Virus record (IMG/VR): IMGVR_UViG_3300045424_000096
Location: 1-31,054 of that record
Origin: a virus
Lineage: Duplodnaviria > Caudoviricetes
Reading direction: 5' to 3' (one strand)
Length of the DNA stretch: 31,054 nucleotides
Shown here in pieces: positions 1 through 7,480 of this stretch. The translations under genes and the position numbers were made by a program. The notes beneath the pieces were generated by a model. That model saw only the letters and a list, made by a program, of their open reading frames with translations, was not told where the DNA came from and ran no database searches. Numbering within the stretch: the stretch's first letter is position 1; each line of letters begins with the position of its first letter.

Positions 1-2
1 GA

Positions 3-329
3 GAAGATGTTTTTAAAAAGATTGAGAATGAAAAACTAAGAAAAATTTTAATTGACACTTGGGAAGTTAATTATCATGCTTTTAACGACATTCTTGTTGC
101 AATATGGAAAATAGGTAATGACAAAGAAATAATCAGTCATCTTAAAAGAAACCGCAGACAATTACAAAAACTTATTGCACTACTCAATTTTTTGTTTGGT
201 TTAAGAGAAGTAGTTTCTTTTAAACTTTTTGAAGGCAAAGCAGGTTTAGAGAAAAATGTGTTACCATATATCTCTTTTTTAAAAAACTTGTTTCCCGAAT
301 TAAATCAAGAATTGAAACTTTACGAATAA
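3..329 (+). CDS. hypothetical protein, 3' part (5' truncated by window)
   Basis: Frame +3 is open from the window edge (EDVFKKIENEKLRKILIDTWEVNY...LKLYE) to TAA at 327-329; same strand as the following helicase. Not in the ORF track. Confidence 0.7.
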   Translation, partial: EDVFKKIENEKLRKILIDTWEVNYHAFNDILVAIWKIGNDKEIISHLKRNRRQLQKLIALLNFLFGLREVVSFKLFEGKAGLEKNVLPYISFLKNLFPELNQELKLYE

Positions 330-358
330 AAGCAAGTCATTAAAAATTAGGAGGACAA

Positions 359-2011
359 ATGCTTAGAAAATATCAAAAAGATGCTGTGAATTCATTATTT
401 GAATTTCAGCATGATCGCCCTGGGCAATCATCTGTAATCGTGATTCCAACTGGTGGCGGGAAAACTAGAGTTATGGCTGAAATAATCAGACGATCATTTG
501 AAGCCAACCCAAATTGCAGGGGAATGATTCTGTCTCATGTAAAAGAATTGCTTGAGCAATCATCAAGAACTTGTACACACTATGCCACAACCACAGGGCT
601 TCCTGTTGAATCAATCGGGGTTTACTCCGCTGCCATGAAACGAAGGGAAGTAAAACCTTTGACGATTGCTGGGATACAAAGTGTATACAAGAAGGGTGCG
701 GACTTCGGTCATTTGGATTTCATTATGATTGATGAATGCCATTTGATTTCACAGAATAAAGAAACGATGTACCGAAAGTTTTTGTCGCAAGCAAAGATAT
801 CTAACTCTAGAGTTAAAGTTGTTGGCTTGACTGCCACACCATATCGACTTCAGAGCGGAATCATTTTTGGGCATAAAGAAAAGACTTTTGATAATTGCTG
901 TTACGCAATTGGTGTGCGAGATTTGATTGATGAAGGATTTCTTTCACCATTAGTTACGATGGGTACAAGTGATTCGCCTGATCTAAAGAATGTACGCATC
1001 AGAGCGGGCGAATATTTTTCTAAGGATTTAGACTCAATTCTTGAGAATGCTGATCTTGTTCAATCTAGCGTTAAAGAAGCAATCGTAAAAGCATCAGGAA
1101 GAAAATCTGTTTTGGTATTTGCTTCATCGATCAAACACGCACAGATGATTCTTGATGAACTAAAGAATCAGGGTCAGCGAGCAAACATGATAACAGGCGA
1201 GACACACCCTGCAATCAGAGATTGTGTGATCAACGGATTTCGAGAAAACAATTATAAGTGGCTTGTGAATGTAGCCGTTCTCACCACAGGTTTTGATGCC
1301 CCTGGGATTGATTGCGTTGTAGTGATGCGACCAACCATGTCTAAGGGTCTTTGGTATCAAATGGTGGGCAGGGGATTTCGATTAGCTCCAGATAAGGAGA
1401 ACTGTTTAATACTTGATTTTGGTGATAACGCTCTCAGGCATGGTTGCATCGATCAGATTGTAGTTGATGCCCAAGGCATAGAACTTCCAGCAGCTAAAGT
1501 GAAACGCTGCCCTTCATGTAATCTGATACACAGGATTGGCAATATCATTTGCCCTTCATGCGGTTATTTCAAACCAAAAGAAGAAGAATCTTTGTTTCCA
1601 GAGAAACTTTCTGCAAGCCAAACTAATGGTGAAATACTTGCGGGAAGGCAACCAAAGCAATATGAGATTGTTGCTACTGGATATACGATCTATCGTAAAA
1701 CTCCAGCATCAGATCCTTGCATACTCGAAACACACGAAACGCTTGAAGGTAAATTAATTCGATGCTATCACTCTCTTAAGCATGGATTAGAATTTATAGT
1801 TTGGAAATGGCTTAAGTCTGTTGGTGCAAAAGGTTTACCAGATAAGCATTGGAACATGAATAAAGAAAGCTTGCAAATCCAAGAGTGGTTAGATACCATT
1901 CCCAAACCAACTGCTATTAAAGCACACATAAATGAAAAGGGGTACTATCATATCGATAGTTATTCCTTTCAGAGCAATCGAGTAATAAGCGGGGGAATGG
2001 CGAAAGGGTGA
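359..2011 (+). CDS. SF2 DExH helicase, RadD/YejH-like, with C-terminal zinc ribbon
   Basis: Q-motif LRKYQ, Walker A IPTGGGKT, DECH, motif III GLTATPYR, motif V LTTGFDAP, motif VI QMVGRGFR, then CPSC...CPSC; RBS AGGAGG at 349-354. Confidence 0.92.
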   Translation: MLRKYQKDAVNSLFEFQHDRPGQSSVIVIPTGGGKTRVMAEIIRRSFEANPNCRGMILSHVKELLEQSSRTCTHYATTTGLPVESIGVYSAAMKRREVKPLTIAGIQSVYKKGADFGHLDFIMIDECHLISQNKETMYRKFLSQAKISNSRVKVVGLTATPYRLQSGIIFGHKEKTFDNCCYAIGVRDLIDEGFLSPLVTMGTSDSPDLKNVRIRAGEYFSKDLDSILENADLVQSSVKEAIVKASGRKSVLVFASSIKHAQMILDELKNQGQRANMITGETHPAIRDCVINGFRENNYKWLVNVAVLTTGFDAPGIDCVVVMRPTMSKGLWYQMVGRGFRLAPDKENCLILDFGDNALRHGCIDQIVVDAQGIELPAAKVKRCPSCNLIHRIGNIICPSCGYFKPKEEESLFPEKLSASQTNGEILAGRQPKQYEIVATGYTIYRKTPASDPCILETHETLEGKLIRCYHSLKHGLEFIVWKWLKSVGAKGLPDKHWNMNKESLQIQEWLDTIPKPTAIKAHINEKGYYHIDSYSFQSNRVISGGMAKG

Positions 2012-2050
2012 AACCACTCCCCCTGTGCTGGGAGGAAGCAGACCCAGCAT
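1991..2050 (+). other. two adjacent GC-rich stem-loops at the helicase/primase junction
   Basis: GGGGGA(1991-1996)/TCCCCC(2018-2023) plus TGG/CCA; TGCTGGG(2026-2032)/CCCAGCA(2043-2049); followed by an AT-rich tract, with no U-run. Confidence 0.5.
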
Positions 2051-2097
2051 CATTATCTTAACTAATTTAACAACAAAATCAAAGGAATAGGTGTGCC

Positions 2098-4575
2098 TTG
2101 GAAGAAATAAAAAAACAGGCTTTGCGAGTTCGTAAACAGGGGCTATCAGTCTTCTCGACTAAGGTCGATAAAACCCCAGTAATTAAGCGAACTAACCGCA
2201 TAGTTGAGCTAAGAGCTAACCCGCTGTCAGAACTTGAAATTGAGATAGATTTCAGCCACGCAAATGTAGCAGGGATAGCAATCAACTGTGGCCCAGTTGT
2301 TGGTAAAAACAAGGATCTTGAGTGCCTTGATATTGATTGCCCTAAAGTGGCGATTGACTTCCTCCCTGACTTGGAAGCAACTAGCAAAGAACTACACGAT
2401 AAACTTTGCGGATGTGTGGAAACAACACCATCTGAAGGATTACACATTTTCTACTATTTGCCACTAGGTAAATCAAAGTGCCGTGAATTAGCGGTAATGT
2501 CTACTGATAATGGAAAGAGATGGCTTGCCGAAGCTAAAGCAAAAGGATCGACTAAAAAGATTGCTCCACCGTTAATTGAAACAAGAGGGGCGGGTGGATA
2601 TGTAGTTGGATTCTATTCTCAGGCAGTCTCAAAAATTGATGGATTAGTTAAGCCATATAAAATGATTCATGGAGATGTGGCAACAATTCCAACCCTGACT
2701 GCGGATGAGCATGAATTTCTGATGTCGTTTGCCCAATCTTACGATCAAAAAGCAGCAAAGAGATTCATCGAACTTAACAAGGAACCTTACCAGTACAAAG
2801 AAATAGGAAAGAAGACTGCCCTTGACCAATGGCGAGCAGAAACTTCTTGGCCCGAAATCCTTCCAGATTCTTACCGAGTAGTTGAGGTCAGGCATGACTA
2901 CTTCATGGTGTGGCATCCTGATTCGTCAGGGCGAGAACCTAACGCTATTGCAGGGTGCAAGAATGGCGGGATGGATCGCTATTGGAACTTCAGCCCATTA
3001 GATTGGCGATTGAGTCCAAACATTCCACTAACTAAAGATTATGTTTATTGTATGAGCCGAGGGTGGCAACCAGGGAGCAGGGAGTGGAAAACATTTTACG
3101 CACAGGTATTTGCGAAGTATTCAATAGACAAAATTGAAGACGAACCTGTGAATGAATCTAGGTGGGATTTTCTTGAAACAACGAAATCGGGTAAAGTTAA
3201 ACAAATTAGAACCGTAGACATTGTGCCTGATGATGCCATTTCTTTTCCAGGTTGGATCGACACTTACATTGACTACTGCATGAGGAACGCACTATACCCA
3301 GAAAAGAGAATTGCTGCTGCATCTGCATTAGGTATGTTCTCCGCTTTAGTGGGTCGATCCATCATGGGGCCGAATGAACTAAAGCTTAACTTGTATATAG
3401 TTGTTCTTGGCCTGACAGCTTCGGGCAAAGATTTTCCACGAAAATTGAACGCTAGAATCTGTATGGAAATTGATAACGCAAGCTTGCTGATGACGAAGGT
3501 AGGTTCAAGAGAGGGTCTTGAAGAAAAAGTAATTCAAGGCCCGAAATTTCTTATGGCTGATGAAGGTGCATTTGATCTTGAGAAAGCTAAATCTGGCGAC
3601 ACAAGGTTCAACGATGTCATGGGAACGATGTTAGAACTGTTTACATCGAACTATATCAAGAGGCGAGCTAAAGCGGGTGATGCGGACTCAGAAAACTTTA
3701 TTCGCTATCCATTCCTTTCCATTATGACTTCATCTACCCCCGAAGAGTATTTCAAAGCTTTATCGCCTAAGATGCTTCGGTCAGGTTTTTACAATAGGTT
3801 GTTAATTCTACAATCTGCAATTCGAGGCAGAATGAATCTTCGGGGTATGTCAGTATCAGAACCAATTCCAGAATACCTAGTTGAAGTTGCTGCACGATTG
3901 ATTGCTATGAACGAGAATCTTGTGCCTGGAGTGATTAAAGAATTCATGGCAGATACTAAACTTGATGCACTTGGAAATGCTCCACTAAATCAGATTGAAA
4001 GGGATTCAAAAATTCTTTTACTTGATGAAGATGCGTTAGAATTCTTTCAAACTCAGGTGTGGGAAAACGATGACCTTTATTCCAAGTATCAAAAAAACAG
4101 CGAAGAAGAAAAAGCTTCTTCATGTGCAAGACTTCCTGAGTTGGCTTTGAAAATAGCTTGCCTGTGGGAGTTAAGCCAAGACATAAACGCTGATACAATT
4201 TCTTTAGCTGGAGTAACTTCTGGATTTAAATTTGTGCGTGAAGTGAATAAGAGGCAGACCGCTAATACAGTTATGGTAAGCGATACCAAGTTCGGTGAAA
4301 TTACAGACAAACTACTAAACATGATCAAGGATTCATTGAATGAAATCGAACCAGATGTGTATGGTGTAAAGATGATTGATGCTAAAAGACATCTCAGGAA
4401 GATCGTACACAGCGGACAATCGGTTGACGATGCAATTCGATACCTTCAAGATTGCGGTGAAATTTCAATCAGGAAAAGCAGAGATGCAAATGGTGCTGGA
4501 TCAATGTACATCGTTATAAATGACCAATCACCTTCTCGATCCCAATCCGAGGAATCGACATCAGAGCTAAGTTAA
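2098..4575 (+). CDS. bifunctional DNA primase/polymerase (Prim-Pol, AEP) fused to a DUF3987/YfjI-like P-loop NTPase (replicative primase-helicase)
   Basis: N-terminal Prim-Pol motifs GIAINCG, CLDID, TPSEGLHIFY, ETRGAGGYVV; C-terminal NLYIVVLGLTASGKD (Walker A) and LMADEG (Walker B). TTG start with AAAGGA upstream. Confidence 0.85.
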   Translation: MEEIKKQALRVRKQGLSVFSTKVDKTPVIKRTNRIVELRANPLSELEIEIDFSHANVAGIAINCGPVVGKNKDLECLDIDCPKVAIDFLPDLEATSKELHDKLCGCVETTPSEGLHIFYYLPLGKSKCRELAVMSTDNGKRWLAEAKAKGSTKKIAPPLIETRGAGGYVVGFYSQAVSKIDGLVKPYKMIHGDVATIPTLTADEHEFLMSFAQSYDQKAAKRFIELNKEPYQYKEIGKKTALDQWRAETSWPEILPDSYRVVEVRHDYFMVWHPDSSGREPNAIAGCKNGGMDRYWNFSPLDWRLSPNIPLTKDYVYCMSRGWQPGSREWKTFYAQVFAKYSIDKIEDEPVNESRWDFLETTKSGKVKQIRTVDIVPDDAISFPGWIDTYIDYCMRNALYPEKRIAAASALGMFSALVGRSIMGPNELKLNLYIVVLGLTASGKDFPRKLNARICMEIDNASLLMTKVGSREGLEEKVIQGPKFLMADEGAFDLEKAKSGDTRFNDVMGTMLELFTSNYIKRRAKAGDADSENFIRYPFLSIMTSSTPEEYFKALSPKMLRSGFYNRLLILQSAIRGRMNLRGMSVSEPIPEYLVEVAARLIAMNENLVPGVIKEFMADTKLDALGNAPLNQIERDSKILLLDEDALEFFQTQVWENDDLYSKYQKNSEEEKASSCARLPELALKIACLWELSQDINADTISLAGVTSGFKFVREVNKRQTANTVMVSDTKFGEITDKLLNMIKDSLNEIEPDVYGVKMIDAKRHLRKIVHSGQSVDDAIRYLQDCGEISIRKSRDANGAGSMYIVINDQSPSRSQSEESTSELS

Positions 4576-6070
4576 AGGCATCTGCAAGGTCAGGAGAGTG
4601 CTTGAGTCTACGCTTCATCATGTCCTTAGACTCGACCACTCTTCTGCCATTTGTATCTACAATGTATACTGGTGTGCGTAACTCTTCCATCATTCTTTCA
4701 CGCATATGAAGCGGAAGATGTCCGATTGAAACTTTGCCTTCCATCGCAAGCTCTGCTGCCTCGAACCAGAGAGCGGATCTCATGTTTGGAAACTCTCGCC
4801 ACCTTGGTGCTTCACCAGACGAATTAATGCCGTAAAACATATAGTCACCCTTGTTATCGACTACACCACCACCTACACCACCCTCATCAATAAGCACAGG
4901 AATTTTGTATTGTGATTGCCTTGGAGTTTCGTACTTTTGGCAATACTCTTTAATTTTTTCTGCAAACTCTTTTGTAGACAATCCACGGTATTCTTTTGCA
5001 TCTATAATGCAGCATCCATGTCTGACAACCAAGCATGATCTATCGTCACCAAACCTTGCAGGGTCAGCACCGATTTGAACCACCCAATCTTTATTAAGCG
5101 GAATCGGATCAAGGATCTGCTTGAGGGCCAAAGCACCCCATACCGAATTGATCGCTTTACTTGGGTATCTTCCAAGAACTTGGATATCGAAAAGCGGGTC
5201 TTCAACCATGTAGTTTCGATCATTGAAGGTAAAGAACCCTGGTTCAGATTCTTCACCTTCTCTAGCGGTTCTGCATTCGTTTTTGATGCGGTTCTCTACA
5301 TACTCATAGTTGATTGCCCCTGGCACAAGATCAGCCTTAAAAGCCACATTAGGGTGGTCGAGAGCGGAGAGGTGGAACACTTTCCAGTCAGGAGAGTTCT
5401 CAGCAAAATAGGCGGGTGATGATGCATCATATGGGTTGAAAATGCAGAACCATAAACAATTCTCTTTGCTGGCTGAAAGCATTGATTCCGCTCGTTCCCA
5501 GAAGGTTGGTTCAATACCGCTAGCTTCGTCAAACAGGATGCACAAACCACCAGCGGAATGTCTTCCTTGAAAAGCATCAGCCTTTTGAGCGGTTAAACCT
5601 TGGATGTAGTGCGAAGGGTTCTTTTCTAATCGATTAGCCTTTGGCATCCAGTTTGGATCTCTTGGTCTAACCCTGCGCAGTTCCTTGAACACACCATCTT
5701 TAATCTGCTGGGCAACAGGTGCTGATATCAAAACTTCTGATGGGGTAAAGTGATCATGAAACCATGAAGCAATCACAGCACACAAAAAAGTTTTGCCTTG
5801 GTTATGTGCTGATCGAACCAGAACTTTCCTTGCACCATTGGCAACCGAATCAAATATTTCCATCTGCTGGGGAGTCAATGTTATCCCTAGGTATTCGCAA
5901 TACTCCCCTGGGTCTTTCGGAATCACTATAGTCTTCTGATTCTCCCGATTCACCCTCTTGATCTCTTGGATTTCCGAAAGTTTCCCCTGCAACGCTGGAC
6001 TCAATAAGGCCTTTTGCCATCTCTTTTGCAAGTTGTTTGTTGAGGAGTTTTTGGAGTTCTTGCTCATCAT
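4514..6070 (-). CDS. terL: terminase large subunit
   Basis: LTPQQ adenine-binding motif, Walker A-like VRSAHNQGKT, Walker B LCILFDEASG, coupling motif FNP, RNase H-like nuclease IGADPARFGDD...SPDLADA. Start moved to ATG at 6070 (or 6067), which has AAGGA upstream; the ORF track start is 6094. Confidence 0.9.
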   Translation of the reverse strand: MMSKNSKNSSTNNLQKRWQKALLSPALQGKLSEIQEIKRVNRENQKTIVIPKDPGEYCEYLGITLTPQQMEIFDSVANGARKVLVRSAHNQGKTFLCAVIASWFHDHFTPSEVLISAPVAQQIKDGVFKELRRVRPRDPNWMPKANRLEKNPSHYIQGLTAQKADAFQGRHSAGGLCILFDEASGIEPTFWERAESMLSASKENCLWFCIFNPYDASSPAYFAENSPDWKVFHLSALDHPNVAFKADLVPGAINYEYVENRIKNECRTAREGEESEPGFFTFNDRNYMVEDPLFDIQVLGRYPSKAINSVWGALALKQILDPIPLNKDWVVQIGADPARFGDDRSCLVVRHGCCIIDAKEYRGLSTKEFAEKIKEYCQKYETPRQSQYKIPVLIDEGGVGGGVVDNKGDYMFYGINSSGEAPRWREFPNMRSALWFEAAELAMEGKVSIGHLPLHMRERMMEELRTPVYIVDTNGRRVVESKDMMKRRLKHSPDLADAFNLALMSIPRIGIEKVIGHL

Positions 6071-6308
6071 CTCGTTCCTTATTATTGCGTTCAATTATCC
6101 ATTGCATGGCTCGCCAATCCTCAGAACCATGTTCATGGATAACCTGTTGCATAGCAATGGTTGCCTGTGCTTTGGCCTTAACCATTTCTTTTTTATGCCA
6201 AGGTTCAAGATCCCTTTTAGAAATCCCAAAGGCCTTCATGGCTAATTTAAAATCAATTCCACGCTGAATATTCTCCAGCATCTCGTAAAAACTGTCTGAA
6301 TCTATCAT
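5850..6308 (-). CDS. putative terminase small subunit
   Basis: Directly upstream of and overlapping terL; HTH-like N-terminus (FKLAMKAFGISKR) and DWRAMQWIIER, similar to the DWRAAAWLLER motif seen in small proteins preceding TerL; RBS AAGGAG; ATGA overlap with the previous gene. Confidence 0.65.
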   Translation of the reverse strand: MIDSDSFYEMLENIQRGIDFKLAMKAFGISKRDLEPWHKKEMVKAKAQATIAMQQVIHEHGSEDWRAMQWIIERNNKERDDEQELQKLLNKQLAKEMAKGLIESSVAGETFGNPRDQEGESGESEDYSDSERPRGVLRIPRDNIDSPADGNI

Positions 6309-6496
6309 GACTTTGGAAACTCCTTACCCCCTGGGAATTCAACATTTTCTGGTGTTTCTGGGTCGATCAACATTCTCATAAGTTCAAGTGTCTCAGAGAT
6401 ATAGATCAAACTTGCTGCTATTGATTGAGAAGGCTTCCCTTTTTCATACGCAGCAATCGCTTCCACCATCCAGTCTGCTCCAGCTTTATTTAACAT
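6305..6496 (-). CDS. hypothetical protein (63 aa), first gene of the packaging operon
   Basis: ATG at 6496 preceded by AAAGGA; MLNKAGADWMVEAIAAYEKGK...; its stop overlaps the TerS start (ATGA). The longer 129-aa call would overlap the divergent gene and promoters. Confidence 0.7.
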   Translation of the reverse strand: MLNKAGADWMVEAIAAYEKGKPSQSIAASLIYISETLELMRMLIDPETPENVEFPGGKEFPKS

Positions 6497-6497
6497 A

Positions 6498-6525
6498 TTG
6501 CATCCTTTCAAAAACAGGGTAAAAT
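6498..6525 (+). promoter_or_regulatory. sigma70-like promoter for the + strand island
   Basis: TTGCAT (6498-6503), 16-nt spacer, TAAAAT (6520-6525), upstream of RBS AAGGGG and ATG 6564. Confidence 0.45.
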
Positions 6526-6535
6526 AGGTAACAGT

Positions 6536-6564
6536 ATTATAGCAAAAATCAAGGGGAATTTCGA
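6536..6564 (-). promoter_or_regulatory. extended -10 promoter for the packaging operon
   Basis: Perfect TGnTATAAT on the - strand (6544-6536), with TCGAAA 17 nt upstream of the hexamer. Confidence 0.55.
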
Positions 6565-7079
6565 TGGCAGATTTAGTAGGAGCTATAGAAAAGCTGAAGA
6601 GACTTTTAGAAGACCGAGCAAAGCGGGTGGGCAGGGCTACGAACACTAATCCAGCACCTAACCCAGATATTGAAGCAACTAATAATTCCATCATATATAC
6701 ACCACCGTCTGCTTGGATGAAATCGCTAGAATACTTCCCTATGGCTAAAGCTCAATCAGGTTCTGTTGTAATGAGGGCTAGAGGCCCAAATATCGGTTAT
6801 ATTTATCCAAGGGTTGGTAAGGCCATTTTCAATAAATGGGTGGCAAATAACTTTCGTGGAGGGTTTATATACTGGTATGCATCACCATCATTAAAAGACT
6901 ATTCAATCATTGCAAGAAAAGCTCGACCATTTAGAAGAGGCGGGTCAGGTAGACTTGGAATTGTAGCGGTAAGAAACAGGAAGGTTCGAGGAACGATGTA
7001 CACGGCTATACCTAAGAACATAAGAGACAGAGGCAGAGCTTCAGCAAGAATTGCCAAGAAAAACAAATGGAGATTATAA
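6564..7079 (+). CDS. KTSC-like domain protein with a very basic C-terminal tail (putative nucleic-acid binding)
   Basis: SAWMKSLEY...GYIYPRVGKAIFNKWV...GGFIYW follows the KTSC pattern (S-x-I-x3-Y...YxYxxV-x4-Y/F...G-x2-Y/F); Arg/Lys-rich last 55 aa; RBS AAGGGG. Confidence 0.55.
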   Translation: MADLVGAIEKLKRLLEDRAKRVGRATNTNPAPNPDIEATNNSIIYTPPSAWMKSLEYFPMAKAQSGSVVMRARGPNIGYIYPRVGKAIFNKWVANNFRGGFIYWYASPSLKDYSIIARKARPFRRGGSGRLGIVAVRNRKVRGTMYTAIPKNIRDRGRASARIAKKNKWRL

Positions 7080-7080
7080 T

Positions 7081-7386
7081 ATGTACCTAAATCCATACTA
7101 TCGACACATTCAAGAAATGAAACGATTCTATGTCGAATCTATTACCAAGGAAGATATGGCTATCGTAAAAAACTGCTTGATCAGAAGTATGCGTGGAGGA
7201 AACACAAAAGCAGTAGAAATGTTTATGAGATTCACCGAATGGCAAAAAGAATTAGATGCAGCAGCAGATGCTAGACATGAACTTCAAACCATCATGGGTT
7301 CACCTACGGATGGGCTAATGAAATCGCTTCGCCCTGGATCTGTAAATATTTCTACTGGACAGCTTGAAGAAAAGAAACAGGCTTGA
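7081..7386 (+). CDS. hypothetical helical protein (101 aa)
   Basis: ATG at 7081, 1 nt after the previous stop, with GGAG at 7069-7072; LIRSMRGGNTKAVEMFM helix-turn motif. Confidence 0.75.
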   Translation: MYLNPYYRHIQEMKRFYVESITKEDMAIVKNCLIRSMRGGNTKAVEMFMRFTEWQKELDAAADARHELQTIMGSPTDGLMKSLRPGSVNISTGQLEEKKQA

Positions 7387-7443
7387 TATATTAACTTAGT
7401 CCGAATGATTCTAGGGCTTGTTTTCGCAATTTCCTGAGACTAA

Positions 7444-7477
7444 TTCCCCTCGTAGTAGAATTGCATCAGAGGGGGAA
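7444..7477. terminator. possible bidirectional terminator hairpin between convergent genes
   Basis: TTCCCCTC (7444-7451) / GAGGGGGAA (7469-7477), imperfect inverted repeat with a large loop and weak U tails. Confidence 0.35.
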
Positions 7478-7480
7478 GTT

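Noticed and set aside
1991-2050. Ribozyme or tRNA in the GAAA-containing hairpins
   Set aside because: No CUGAnGA hammerhead core, cloverleaf or TTC T-loop; no tRNA was recognised anywhere in the window.
6497-6694. Longer 5' extensions in the ORF track (6694, 7051, 13452, 21068, 28260, 29260, 29568 starts)
   Set aside because: They overlap neighbouring genes or promoters, or lie too close to the RBS; most have a downstream ATG with a better-spaced RBS.
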